The notes below the pieces were generated by a model. It saw nothing but the letters and a program-made list of their open reading frames with translations. It did not search any database and had not been told where the DNA came from. A DNA stretch of 59,616 bases, the filler included. It is 5 parts of 5 records of this genome, joined end to end, with 100 filler letters (N's around TTAATTAATTAA, not from the genome) between each part and the next. Parts side by side here need not be neighbours in the genome. Positions count along the whole stretch, not along the records: positions 1 to 30,623 come from SRR31156797_20689; 4 more parts are not named here. One strand, 5' to 3'. Shown one piece after another: positions 1-9,612 of this stretch. The translations under genes and the position numbers were made by a program. How positions within the stretch are numbered: the first letter of the stretch is position 1; each line of letters opens with the position of its first letter.

Positions 1-36
1 AACGCTGTGGGGGTTCGAGTCCCCCCCTTGGTACCA
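1..36 (+). tRNA. 3' half of tRNA-Leu(CAA); left att site of the island
   Basis: GTGGGGGTTCGAGTCCCCCCCTTGGTACCA gives a T-arm (GTTCGAG), acceptor strand and CCA. The first bases AACG match the last bases of the contig (30620-30623), where the CAA anticodon arm lies. Confidence 0.9.
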
Positions 37-48
37 TTTTTCTTCAAG

Positions 49-95
49 GAAACCCGGAAGGTTACAATATGTAACCTTCCGGGTTTCTTTTTTTG
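49..95 (+). terminator. Rho-independent terminator downstream of the tRNA
   Basis: GAAACCCGGAAGGTTACA-ata-TGTAACCTTCCGGGTTTC perfect stem followed by a T tract. Confidence 0.85.
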
Positions 96-130
96 TGATT
101 TTTCCTAAAAACAGCGTTTGGGGACTGCCC

Positions 131-205
131 GGTCCCCATATGGTCCCCATGAAAAAGTGTGAGTCCCGGTAGGACTCAGGGGTGATTTTCCCATATGGTC
201 CCCAT
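131..205 (+). repeat. Putative integrase arm-type sites, left end
   Basis: GGTCCCCATATGGTCCCCAT at 131-150 and CCCATATGGTCCCCAT at 190-205. The same motif recurs at 30520-30538. Confidence 0.65.
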
Positions 206-538
206 TCTATGGGGGAGAGGCAATTCCCCCCATTTTCATCATGGAAATTATAAGGACTTCAGGTGATTCTCTGAGTTCCTTTTTTGATGTTATTATGCGG
301 AGAATTTACACAAAACCGTCACCAAGGGAGGGGAAGGCGCATTTCAGCGGCTTCAAGCGGCAGGTCTGATCTCAGTTTAACTTTCCCTGCCTATCGTATA
401 CACGAGGCTCTTGGACAAGCCAAATTTCTTGGCGTGTCCAAGAGCCTTTTCTTTACTCATCCGTGGCCTTTGTGGGGTGTCTACGGCGGATGCCCTAAGC
501 ATTTGATAAAAGTAGGGCTTTTTGAAGTTGTGAGGGAG

Positions 539-596
539 CGTTACTGGTGAAGGAATGTGGCTACCAGTAACGTGGGGAGTCAGTGTGAAAAGGGCC
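539..596 (+). repeat. Repeat X copy 1: 34-bp inverted-repeat site plus conserved TGGGGAGTC tail
   Basis: CGTTACTGGT-N14-ACCAGTAACG-TGGGGAGTCAGTGTGAAAAGGGCC. A second copy lies at 13548-13605. Confidence 0.8.
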
Positions 597-698
597 GTAG
601 ATCGCAAAAAAACCGTTGTGTTTGTCGAGATACACTACGGCTTGGGAAGAGCTGTTGGTGGTTGGATGGTTTAGTTGGTATGGAGTGCGTTTAAAGAA

Positions 699-2981
699 CT
701 ACCCACCAATAATCATCGAGCTTTGGCCGTTAAGAACTCCATCTTTAAGTATCTTTTCCATAGCTGTGGAAGAGCAAAGATTAAAAATGAATGTTCCGTC
801 TTCCAGGACGGTGTCGCAATTGGCCCCGGTTTTGACGAGCATTTTTGCTACGGAGGTTAAGTCGAGGGCCACGGCTTGAGTTAGGGGCGTCATCCCGCCC
901 CTGTGTAGAGCGTGAATATCTGCCCCGTTCTCAATCAATATTTCAACTATGCGTTGTGCGTTATCATCGGAGCCGTAGCTTTCATCCAGGCATTTGATGG
1001 TAGGCCTGTCCTCGATGTCGCGGGCGCATGCCAATATTGCGAAGTAAAGTGGGGATATGTCTCCAAATTCTGATGAGAATCGTTTGTTGATGTTCACCCC
1101 TCTAGCAAGAATAAGTTCAAGCAGGTGGGGATTGCGATTGGTTAACACCAGTCGAAGACTGGTTGTCCGCAATCGACGGGAAGGGGTTTCAAGTGTCAGG
1201 GCTTCAATTGGGGATTTTTCCCGCCTCAAGATGGCTTCAGCAACAGGCAGCTTGTGAGGCCAGTAATCCTGGTCCATTGCGTAATAAAAAGCATTATCCT
1301 CGGTGGTGTTTCGAAAATTGAGATCGGCCCCGTCTTTGATAAGTTTCATCGCCTTGGCGAAATTATGCCTGTAGATGGCATTCATCAGCATGCTGTTATC
1401 TCTTGTGTCGTTTCGATAGAGCGTGTTTTTGTGCCCTTTGTATGGGCTTTGGGAATCTGGATTTCCAAGTCCGATGGCAAGGTGGGGGGAGACTTCAAAG
1501 AATGTATCTTCATTCGGGAGCCAGTCTTTGAATCGTTTTTCGAAGAAACGTCTTCCGTTCTCAAGTATTCTGCGTTGGTAGTCTTCGTTGCTCAAGCTGT
1601 GGCCTATCTCCGACCCGTCATCATCCGCTACATTCGTCAACTCAGCGCACATGCCATGCCATTTGGCCCAAGAGACCATGCCACAGATATCACTCCAAAG
1701 GTTTTCGCGTTGCTGATTGTGTCCTGCTCGTTGCGAAAATACGTAGCAGGCGGATGAAAGCGCATCCTCAAGAATTCCTTCCATGAGGAAGCATGCCTGG
1801 AAGCGCGCTTCAAGGTAGGCTTTGTAGAAAGAGCGGGCGGCTGCCTCGTTGTCATGTTGACCTATGTTGTTGAGGCCTTCCAAGAACGGTATGGCAAAGT
1901 CTTTGAATTTTCCCCAAGCAGGTGCCGCTTTCAAAGCTTCAATGTGAATCGTGGCTTCTGCGGTGTTTGAGGCTGTTGGGGGAAGGTTTTGTAAGGCTTT
2001 GTTATAAAGGTCGCTTATTATTTCAAATTGGCTCAAGTCGATGTCGTGCTCAATCTTTTCTCCATAAAGGATTTTTTTAATGATCGGGTCGAATCTTGAT
2101 GCTGACTGTACTTCTTTTTCTATGAGTTGTGAGATGGCATCCTTGGCTTCGAGGCAGGGGAGTTGTCTGGTCTGATCAATGGCGGGTTTGCATCTAGCGT
2201 AAATTGAGTCGAAAAGATGGGTGTATGTTTTCGTGAAGTCCTGAATGAATTCGGAACATGCTTGGCTACCCAACGTGTATTGGATTGTATCGAGAAAGTT
2301 GCTCACCCCACAGGCAATAGTCATAGTGATTAAAAATGAGCGTTTGAGATCAGCCTCCCTCTCTCCCAGGTCCAGATTTGTTTTGTGAATTTTGATGAGT
2401 GTGCTCCTTCGAGGGATTTTGCCTGAAAGCCAGGATTTGAGTGTGCGCTCTGTCGCGCTGTCCTGTACTTTGTCGCAGAAGGTGTCCCATGTGAGGCCCG
2501 CTGTGTTTATCCACCACAGAAGGGTACTTCCTGCGCATGAATTTCCCTTTTGGGGGATGAACCATTCAGGGTCCTTTGGAAGAATTGTTGAGTTGGTCTT
2601 GATGGTAATTGAGTAGACTGCTGTTCGGAATGCCGCATATGCCAGCAGCGATGTCAGGTGCTGCTTGAGGAGGGAGCGCCAGATATTGTGTGGCGTGCCC
2701 CATGCAATAGTATGGAATACTTGCAGTCTGTATACATCGAATACGGTCGCAAGTTCGGTAAACATAAACTGCAAAACTATGCAGTCGGTTTCAGGACGGT
2801 TTATGGTTTCGCCTGCGAGTCGAATGAATTCGCGAAATGAGAGGTCTCCTTTTCTCTGTTTAAACCGGGTCACTTTTTTTTGCGCTGCCGGGCTAAGTAG
2901 AGAGTTGAGTTCCGTCATTTTGAAAAAGCCGTGCACGCATTCAGCAGTGGGAGAGTAATATTTGTCTTTGGATGTGCTCAT
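699..2981 (-). CDS. ~760-aa protein with HTH-like segment, helical region and C-terminal ankyrin repeats
   Basis: Ankyrin-like repeats (LIKDGADLN, LARGVNIN, LIENGADIH..GGMTPL..A) and an HTH-like ERTLKSWLSGK. Start moved to MSTSKDK (2981) because the track's longer start overlaps a hairpin and a separate small ORF. Confidence 0.75.
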   Translation of the reverse strand: MSTSKDKYYSPTAECVHGFFKMTELNSLLSPAAQKKVTRFKQRKGDLSFREFIRLAGETINRPETDCIVLQFMFTELATVFDVYRLQVFHTIAWGTPHNIWRSLLKQHLTSLLAYAAFRTAVYSITIKTNSTILPKDPEWFIPQKGNSCAGSTLLWWINTAGLTWDTFCDKVQDSATERTLKSWLSGKIPRRSTLIKIHKTNLDLGEREADLKRSFLITMTIACGVSNFLDTIQYTLGSQACSEFIQDFTKTYTHLFDSIYARCKPAIDQTRQLPCLEAKDAISQLIEKEVQSASRFDPIIKKILYGEKIEHDIDLSQFEIISDLYNKALQNLPPTASNTAEATIHIEALKAAPAWGKFKDFAIPFLEGLNNIGQHDNEAAARSFYKAYLEARFQACFLMEGILEDALSSACYVFSQRAGHNQQRENLWSDICGMVSWAKWHGMCAELTNVADDDGSEIGHSLSNEDYQRRILENGRRFFEKRFKDWLPNEDTFFEVSPHLAIGLGNPDSQSPYKGHKNTLYRNDTRDNSMLMNAIYRHNFAKAMKLIKDGADLNFRNTTEDNAFYYAMDQDYWPHKLPVAEAILRREKSPIEALTLETPSRRLRTTSLRLVLTNRNPHLLELILARGVNINKRFSSEFGDISPLYFAILACARDIEDRPTIKCLDESYGSDDNAQRIVEILIENGADIHALHRGGMTPLTQAVALDLTSVAKMLVKTGANCDTVLEDGTFIFNLCSSTAMEKILKDGVLNGQSSMIIGG

Positions 2982-2994
2982 GATGAATAATGTG

Positions 2995-3025
2995 GTTGGG
3001 CGATGTCGTTTGGACATCGCCCAAC
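2995..3025 (-). terminator. Stem-loop between micropeptide genes and the ankyrin gene
   Basis: GTTGGGCGATGTC-gtttg-GACATCGCCCAAC, a perfect 13-bp inverted repeat. Confidence 0.6.
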
Positions 3026-3031
3026 TTCTTT

Positions 3032-3169
3032 TTAATCCTCGTCGTCGAGGTAGCTGTCGTTGTTCGGATTGTGAGCGTCTGCCCATTCATCCATGTCATC
3101 TTCATTGTTGGGGTTATTGATATTGGAATAAAGGTCAAGTTCTTCCTGGGTCATATCCGAAGTATCCAT
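3032..3169 (-). CDS. 45-aa acidic micropeptide with two NPNN motifs (not in ORF track)
   Basis: Manual translation MDTSDMTQEELDLYSNINNPNNEDDMDEWADAHNPNNDSYLDDED*. AGGAG RBS upstream; alternative ATG at 3175. Confidence 0.7.
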   Translation of the reverse strand: MDTSDMTQEELDLYSNINNPNNEDDMDEWADAHNPNNDSYLDDED

Positions 3170-3193
3170 AGTCATCTCCTGTGTGGTTGTGGT

Positions 3194-3322
3194 CTACTTT
3201 TTGTTCCATTTCGGGTTTTTCTGCTTTCCGCGGTTTCCTTGAGCCTTGTCGTATTGCTTGTTGGTTCCACGAGTTCCTTTGTTGGCGTTGGGCTGGTTAG
3301 CCTGGCTGTCCTTCGGTTTCAT
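3194..3322 (-). CDS. 42-aa basic Asn/Gln/Lys-rich micropeptide (not in ORF track)
   Basis: Manual translation MKPKDSQANQPNANKGTRGTNKQYDKAQGNRGKQKNPKWNKK*. AGGAGG RBS 5 nt upstream of the ATG. Confidence 0.75.
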   Translation of the reverse strand: MKPKDSQANQPNANKGTRGTNKQYDKAQGNRGKQKNPKWNKK

Positions 3323-3585
3323 AATGTCCTCCTGTTGTGTTGTTCTTCAGACAAGAGGTTATTAGCCGGAAAAACTTCTAGGAGTGAATGCGTTTGGTCG
3401 GACAAGGATTTTAAGCAAGAAGGTTTTGATAGCTAATATGGCTGTTTTGCCTGTGTTTTCAGCTCGGTTGGGACGACGCGATGAAGCATCTCTGGGCGTG
3501 AGATACACGCAAAGAGTGGGGCCTCTGAAGGCTCTGTGTTGAAAATCGAGAGAGAGGGGAGAAAAAAGGAGAAATGAGGGGGGGA

Positions 3586-4173
3586 TTAATCTTCGTATAC
3601 GATCAAAGCGTTGGCAATCAAATCGCACATAGGCTGAGCGCTTTCGGTCACGCCTTCAATGCAAGCGTCCAGCCAGCCGTGTTTGAGCTTTTCCATGTCC
3701 ACTTCATATCCTGCGTTTTCTGCCAACATAGAGAGGAAGTAGCGGCCAGTACGCCCGTTTCCCTCCCTGAAAGGGTGAGCAAGATTGAGTTCCAGCATAT
3801 AATAGGCTGATCGATCTACAAATTCATCCGGGGAGCCGCCTTTGAGAAAGGATTCCTGAGTCAGTTCGGCTGTAAGGGCTGTGATGACGTTTGTGATGAA
3901 GCGTGGATTGCAAAAAAGAGTCTTCCCTTTGCTGATGGAGACAGTCCTCTCTTGTCCGGCCCAGCCATAGACATCTTGAAAAAGGTGGTGATGGATGGCT
4001 TTGATGTGTTGATAGTCGAAGTTGCCGTCTGGAGGGTCTTCAACCATGCGGTTGGCAATAGAAAGGCGCTCGAATTGATCAAGCGCCTCTTGAGTTTTGT
4101 GCCCAGCCTTGTTCTTCAAGACTGACGAATTTTCATATGTGTAAGCGTCTTTATGAGCGTATCGCGTAGTCAT
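3586..4173 (-). CDS. Fic-family AMP-transferase toxin (class I FicT)
   Basis: Canonical Fic motif HPFREGNGRTGR and the HHHLFQDVYGWAG motif. Confidence 0.93.
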   Translation of the reverse strand: MTTRYAHKDAYTYENSSVLKNKAGHKTQEALDQFERLSIANRMVEDPPDGNFDYQHIKAIHHHLFQDVYGWAGQERTVSISKGKTLFCNPRFITNVITALTAELTQESFLKGGSPDEFVDRSAYYMLELNLAHPFREGNGRTGRYFLSMLAENAGYEVDMEKLKHGWLDACIEGVTESAQPMCDLIANALIVYED

Positions 4174-4387
4174 AGTTAGGGAAGCGTTCTTTTAGTAGGC
4201 TTTTGCGTTCTTCCAGAGTGCATCCTTTATAAATACATTCTTCGAAGACAACAATTTCTTCACTGGTTAGGTGGAGCCCCTCAATTTCTAACGAAGCCTT
4301 AGCGTGCATTAGGCGACGCTTCATAGCTTCAACCTTGGTCTTTGGGCGTTTTCCTTTGGCAAATGTGTATTTGCGTGAACTATTCAT
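4151..4387 (-). CDS. VbhA/FicA-type antitoxin
   Basis: Small ORF overlapping the fic start, with the inhibitory (S/T)xxxE(G/N) motif SLEIEG. Start uncertain (4405, 4387 or 4324). Confidence 0.85.
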   Translation of the reverse strand: MNSSRKYTFAKGKRPKTKVEAMKRRLMHAKASLEIEGLHLTSEEIVVFEECIYKGCTLEERKSLLKERFPNYDYAIRS

Positions 4388-4674
4388 AATTTGAACATTA
4401 AACACTCAATGAGGAAAAGGCAAATTATGCCCGTACTATTTTCTTGAGTGTCTAGATAAGTCGTGGTGGGCTTCTGGCTTGTTCCAACGCTTTCCGGTGA
4501 TCATCCAATCCAGCTTATATTCCGGGCTTATGTTAGTCTGCATTGCTCCCTGCGGCCGTTGGCGACGGAGGAGACTGTATGCGCGGTAGTGCAAGTGGGC
4601 TGAGTTTAATTGGTGATTCGGCTCCACTGTTTTATCCTTTTAGTTCTTATCCTTGCAGGCTCTGAGGTGGCATA

Positions 4675-7077
4675 CTATTCACTCTTCTTGCTAAACCAAT
4701 CACCAAGGATATCCCAATCGTGGTAATCAAAGAGATAGCCTTCGCCCGCCTTTTGAGCTTCAACCCCCACGATGAAAACGGGAAGGTCATTCAATGAAAT
4801 TGTAGAATTTAACTTTTCTTCTATCGCTTGGCGTTCCGTTGCCCATTTTCCTCCGCCAGAGAAGAATTCATGGACATAGACATAAGCGCGTTTGCACGCT
4901 CCCCCTTCGGCGACGAATTGTGGTTGATTCCCAAAATAGATTGGAAGGACCGAATACTGATGAATCCCCTTGCAGTTATTGAACGAAGAGCGTGTGGCCC
5001 AATAATGCACACCTTTTTCTTCGTCTATTTTGCTATATTCCAAGGCTCCCCCATATATCCAATCCTCGTTGGTTTCTACTTCGATAGGGCGGCCTACATC
5101 AGAGATAAGATGTCCTTGCAGCCACAGAGAGCCCCCGACAGCGTCGCCTTTCTTGGGAACATACCTAGTGAGTAGATGCTCCCCAACATACAGGGTGATC
5201 GGGATTGACTCTTCTGAGAAATGACAGTGCGTATGGATGCAACAAATTTTGTTCTCGAGAAAGTATGCCCAACTGACATCCAAAACAGGAAGCCAGAATC
5301 CATACTCGCTTGGATACTCTTCTATTTCTTTAAGAAGAGTCATTTCTTTTCCCATGACAAAGGTCTGAGATCCTTTCTCTCCTTTATTGTTTTTTAAGAG
5401 TGCGGCGGGGCCAGGGGCTATGGTGAACTCTCGCTCTTCAGCTTCCCAAATATTGAAGACAAAGCCGGTGAGAATGAATGAGTATTCGTGGTGTTTTTTG
5501 TATATGGATTTATTTCTGTAATATCTCGGATCAAACAATGTCAGGCTACCTCCATCGGTGCTGGCGCAAACAGATCCTTCGACACCGTTCCCCCATTCTT
5601 GCAATGAATGAACCTTCAAAGAAACCTCCTTCCCAACAAACGATGAAGGCACTAGAGACTCTAACCGAAGGGCCTCGTTCGAAGAGTTTGTCGAATATAA
5701 AGAGATGCAAAATGGCGATGTACTTTCGGGAAAGGAGTCAGAATATACAGCCTCCATATCCCCTCGAACACGTTCGCTTGGATGAATCCTGATGCCATCA
5801 TCAATGTTGTCGTTACTGAGGAAAGACCTCAGTGAATTTTCGAAAAAATATTTGGGGTCAGGCAAAAGGCACTCCCAATGGTTGCCATGGGAAAGGCCCT
5901 CAATGAATTTAATGGGCAGCATGTCGCCCATTCCCTTCTCATGAGGTGTGGCGGGAAATGCTTGGAGTTGCTGTTTGAAGCCTTCCGAGCGCCTTTTTTT
6001 GTCAGTTTCCATCAGCCTGTTCAGGCCAAGTAGGGCAACATTGTTTTTTGAGTACAAGTTGGTCGCGGTTATGTATCGATCCTTAGCTTCATCCAAAAGA
6101 GCCAGCCCCTCACAGCATAAGGCGGATGCGGACCATGTCTTGCTAATTTCACTTTCTTTCGCCAGTTCGGAATGGGTCAGTATTTGTTCTAATACTTCCA
6201 AAGCTGGTCGATACTTTCCATTTTGAATGAATTGCGTCGCCAAACTCACGCCTGCGATCCACAGATTTTCTCTGGCCAAATCATTTTTTGAGCCTAATTC
6301 TGCGGCTTTGGAAAAACAATCGCATGCTTCTTGTTTGAAACCAAGCCTGTCCAGTACGCAACCAGCCTCAACCAACACCCTGTCCGGGTCAAACGAGTCA
6401 AATGCGACCCTCAACAATATCGCGGATTCGATCTTCAAGCCCAGTTCAAATGCATAGTAAGCCGAAGTGGAAAGCATGTCGCCTCTTGGAAGATAGTTTG
6501 GCCAACGGCTAGCCCCGACCAGGAACCTTTTGGCTATGTCCGACTCCTTGTCGGCATACTCTTCAAGGATAGCCATGAAAGTGTAAGCGGTGCGCCTTTT
6601 GGTTGAGTAATCTTCAAACTTTTTGATCTTCCATCCATCGGTCAGCATATAGAACTCTAGCTCATCGGTATCCGGCACAGGATCAATCATGGCTTCTGCA
6701 AAGTCTGATTCAAGTGCCGCTTTGTGCGGAAATTTGTGGTCATCGCGCTGTTGGATTTCGTCTATCTCTGCATCGGGGGAGAATTTAAAAATGACTATAT
6801 CCCTGAGGTAGCCAGGAATGCTGAAACACAGTTGTACAACCCACTGTGTTTCAAAGTCTGTGATGGGCTTTTCAAGCCAAATAACCTCTTCTTCAGCACA
6901 GGCTTTTATCCACTTCAATTCTTCAAGTGTGTCGAGGTCAAACTTGGCTCCACAATATGCATGGCGAAGTGCAAAGATCGGATTTTGAGGAATTTGGTCA
7001 TCAATGAATTGGGTAAGGGTACTTTTTATGTGTTCGATCAGCATTTTTACACCATGCTTGGATGAGTTGTTTTGCAT
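4675..7077 (-). CDS. 800-aa protein with central TPR repeats and uncharacterised C-terminal beta-rich domains
   Basis: TPR-like helices (AGCVLDRLGFKQEACDCFSKAAEL; ALCCEGLALLDEAKDRYITA). C-terminus not assignable. Confidence 0.65.
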   Translation of the reverse strand: MQNNSSKHGVKMLIEHIKSTLTQFIDDQIPQNPIFALRHAYCGAKFDLDTLEELKWIKACAEEEVIWLEKPITDFETQWVVQLCFSIPGYLRDIVIFKFSPDAEIDEIQQRDDHKFPHKAALESDFAEAMIDPVPDTDELEFYMLTDGWKIKKFEDYSTKRRTAYTFMAILEEYADKESDIAKRFLVGASRWPNYLPRGDMLSTSAYYAFELGLKIESAILLRVAFDSFDPDRVLVEAGCVLDRLGFKQEACDCFSKAAELGSKNDLARENLWIAGVSLATQFIQNGKYRPALEVLEQILTHSELAKESEISKTWSASALCCEGLALLDEAKDRYITATNLYSKNNVALLGLNRLMETDKKRRSEGFKQQLQAFPATPHEKGMGDMLPIKFIEGLSHGNHWECLLPDPKYFFENSLRSFLSNDNIDDGIRIHPSERVRGDMEAVYSDSFPESTSPFCISLYSTNSSNEALRLESLVPSSFVGKEVSLKVHSLQEWGNGVEGSVCASTDGGSLTLFDPRYYRNKSIYKKHHEYSFILTGFVFNIWEAEEREFTIAPGPAALLKNNKGEKGSQTFVMGKEMTLLKEIEEYPSEYGFWLPVLDVSWAYFLENKICCIHTHCHFSEESIPITLYVGEHLLTRYVPKKGDAVGGSLWLQGHLISDVGRPIEVETNEDWIYGGALEYSKIDEEKGVHYWATRSSFNNCKGIHQYSVLPIYFGNQPQFVAEGGACKRAYVYVHEFFSGGGKWATERQAIEEKLNSTISLNDLPVFIVGVEAQKAGEGYLFDYHDWDILGDWFSKKSE

Positions 7078-7217
7078 TATCTGATTTTGCTATCGTATTC
7101 AGCCTTTGTGTATCAACAAGATAGTTGATGGGTGTTCCAGATTGCGGAATAAGATGGAGAAAAAATGATCATATCATTTCAGCAAGATAAAGGAAAACTA
7201 GAGAAATTCCTGCCAAA

Positions 7218-8207
7218 ATGGATCCATACAGTTCGCCGTCGCAGAAGGTGTTGATCCTCTACAGCTTTCTCATGTTTACAGGCCATCCCTATTCGCTTTC
7301 GCAGCTTCCAAGGGAGTGGCATTGCTCCAAACAAACTGTCCTGCGCATGACCGAGCAGATTAGCCGCAGCTATGGCGGCAGGGTGAAGAGCCTGTTGGAA
7401 AGCGGCAAGCTGATTTACTGGATGCCCGCCCCCAAGGTGAAACCCAAGGTTAGTTTGAGTCCTGAGGAGATCCAGCAATTGGAACTGTGCAGGGGGATGG
7501 TGTTGCATCTGCTTCCCGAGGGGGGGGGGCGCGAACAGGTCAAGCAGACCATCGTCAAGACTGCCTCCATGCTTTCTGATATGGGTGAGCGCGATAAGGC
7601 TTTCGAACCAGTGGTCGTGGCCGAGATCAAGGGCCGTATCGACTACAGTCCGCACCAGATGCACATTGCGACCTTGATTGAGGCGATTCAGGAGAAAAGG
7701 GTGTAGTGAGGTCGCGTATCATGCGCCGAGCACCCCCAAGGCGAAGACATATTGCTTTGCGCCCATCAGGCTTATTTCCTACCGCGAGGCCCTTTACGTC
7801 ACGGGTTGGCGCGTCGAAGATAGAGGGACACCGATTCCCAGACACTCGATCATGCTGGCGGTGCATCGGCTGAAAGATGTTTCAAGGCAGGCGAGGACTT
7901 TTGACATCAAGATGGACGCGGAGAAAAGGAAGAGCTTTTCGGCTTCATGGATTTGGAAAAGGTGCGGGTGAAGGTCAAGTTCGACAAGGAAACCGTCGCG
8001 TATATCAAGGAACGTAAGTGGAGCGACGACCAAGAGTTGAAAGAGTTCAAGAATGACAATGTCATTTTGGGATTCACGGCCAAGAGTATGCCCGAAGTGG
8101 ACTCCTAGGTGCTCGGCTTCGGTTCCCATGCCAAGGTGATAGAATCGAAGGAGCTGAAGGAAAGGGGGCGGGACGAGGTGACTCGGCTTATGGAAATGTA
8201 TGGATAG
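7218..8207 (+). pseudogene. HTH-WYL-WCX transcriptional regulator, disrupted
   Basis: Three consecutive frames give HTH (CSKQTVLRM), WYL (PIRLISYREALYVTGW..LAVHRL) and WCX (YIKERKWSDDQ..VDS*VLGFGSHAKVI). Frameshifts near 7705 and 7925, and an in-frame TAG at 8106-8108. Confidence 0.85.
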
Positions 8208-8208
8208 G

Positions 8209-8335
8209 ACTGTGCAACACATAAAGACTGGCAATATTTGTGTGCTGCACATATGCGCAATATTGATGCGCAGCATGTATATGCAATACAGGTGGGCAAG
8301 CCTCGATTGTCTTGGTGAAGACTGTCGAAGAATAT
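8209..8335 (+). repeat. Repeat Y copy 1 (degenerate ~125-bp element rich in GCAATAT)
   Basis: TGGCAATATTTGTGTGC..ATATGCGCAATATTG..CTCGATTG..GAAGACTGTCGAA aligns by eye with 10437-10550. Confidence 0.55.
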
Positions 8336-8388
8336 AGTCCGAATCAGGTGGCGTGATAAATTCAGTAAGATCAATCTGGTGAGAATAA

Positions 8389-8423
8389 GAAAAGGCTCCT
8401 CCGCCATGAGCGAGGGAGCCTTT
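8389..8423 (-). terminator. Terminator downstream of the 8440-9264 genes
   Basis: AAAGGCTCCT..GGGAGCCTTT stem with an A-run on the left, which is a U tract on the minus strand. Confidence 0.55.
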
Positions 8424-8439
8424 CGTAATGGAGTTTGGT

Positions 8440-8661
8440 TTACTCTTCGCCAAAGAACTCTTTGACATCAAGCACAATCTCAGACTGCTCGTCGAAGTCG
8501 GCCATCGCCTGCCCGTTCGCCTGGTGGAAATCTCCTAGGGCGTCGGAAATGGCCTTAGCTTTCTCCTTCAGTTCGGGAGTTCCCATCACTGCCGGGTGTT
8601 GCAACAAGAACTCATCGAACATGGAACTCAGCATGTAGGCCCTATCGCAGCCTTCATGCAT
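8440..8661 (-). CDS. Small helical hypothetical protein
   Basis: 73-aa ORF. The frame stays open upstream to an ATC codon behind a strong GAGGAGG RBS, so the original start may be mutated or non-canonical. Confidence 0.5.
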   Translation of the reverse strand: MHEGCDRAYMLSSMFDEFLLQHPAVMGTPELKEKAKAISDALGDFHQANGQAMADFDEQSEIVLDVKEFFGEE

Positions 8662-8718
8662 ATGGCCCGCTGTGAGTTTGATTTTGTTGAGATTATCATC
8701 GATTGATTTCCTCCTCTT

Positions 8719-9264
8719 CTACCAACGAAGGTAATGCTTGCTCAGCAACTTGAACAGGTACTGGATATCCTGATCCGCTAGCATGTTTTCATGATCGAAG
8801 CAGGTGCCCAGTTCCTTCCAGGCCTTTTTCATCAGTTTCGGATTGGTAGCATTGGGCCAGTCCGTGAAATGCATGCAATAGTTGAGATCGACATCTCCGG
8901 TTTTATGGTCATAAGCCGGTTCCCAGAAATCGCGCATTTCACCCCATTTTTCTTCATGGCACTTGATGCAGTATTCGCTGTATTCACAGTCTAAGCGGCG
9001 GTTGAGAAGCAGTTCGCAAACATGCATCAAATGCAGGTCGCGTTTAGCGCCCATATAGTGCGGATTAGAGTGCAGTTCGCGCTGCATGAGCACAAGCTTG
9101 TGACGAATGACGGCGAAGAGCCACCGGGACGAATAGTGACGATCACCCCACACAATGGGGAACCATTGGAACAGATTGCGGATACCGAATTTGAGCGCAC
9201 GATACCATTCGTCCACCAGCTCCCACGGAGCGGTGAGGTAGTGCGACCAGTGATAGTCAGGCAT
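8719..9264 (-). CDS. Hypothetical aromatic-rich protein (181 aa)
   Basis: AGGAGG RBS upstream and an intact ORF. No function recognised. Confidence 0.65.
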   Translation of the reverse strand: MPDYHWSHYLTAPWELVDEWYRALKFGIRNLFQWFPIVWGDRHYSSRWLFAVIRHKLVLMQRELHSNPHYMGAKRDLHLMHVCELLLNRRLDCEYSEYCIKCHEEKWGEMRDFWEPAYDHKTGDVDLNYCMHFTDWPNATNPKLMKKAWKELGTCFDHENMLADQDIQYLFKLLSKHYLRW

Positions 9265-9405
9265 GACAGACCTCCTATGGGTTTAAATTACCTCAGAGAA
9301 ATGTCATGTCGCGCCTCCTTGGGCGGTTGAATTGATATGATTCTTGTTGCTGAGAAAAAGTTACAAATGCCTTTTATCAACAAGTGGGTCGAATGTCATG
9401 GAGAG

Positions 9406-9612
9406 CTATTTGTTGGGTAGCTTTCTGGCAAAGAATTTTTCCACACGTTGGATTTGCTCTGCCTCATCGGTTGGCCATCCCACGGCACTGCTCAGATATT
9501 CTTTTGCATGTGCGACAGCATCGGAAATGGTCAGGCCGTGAGCCTTCGCCTGTTCTAGGTATTTCTTGGCCCGGTTTTGATCATGGGCATGAACTGCAAA
9601 GGGAGCAGTCAT
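9406..9612 (-). CDS. Small hypothetical protein
   Basis: 68-aa ORF with amphipathic helical character. Confidence 0.4.
   Translation of the reverse strand: MTAPFAVHAHDQNRAKKYLEQAKAHGLTISDAVAHAKEYLSSAVGWPTDEAEQIQRVEKFFARKLPNK

Noticed and set aside
2982-3086. 35-aa N-terminal extension of the ankyrin ORF given by the track
   Set aside because: It overlaps a hairpin and a better-supported micropeptide gene in another frame.
4436-4627. 63-aa ORF with a repressor-like LDWMITGK ending
   Set aside because: Too short and with no clear RBS; at most a remnant.
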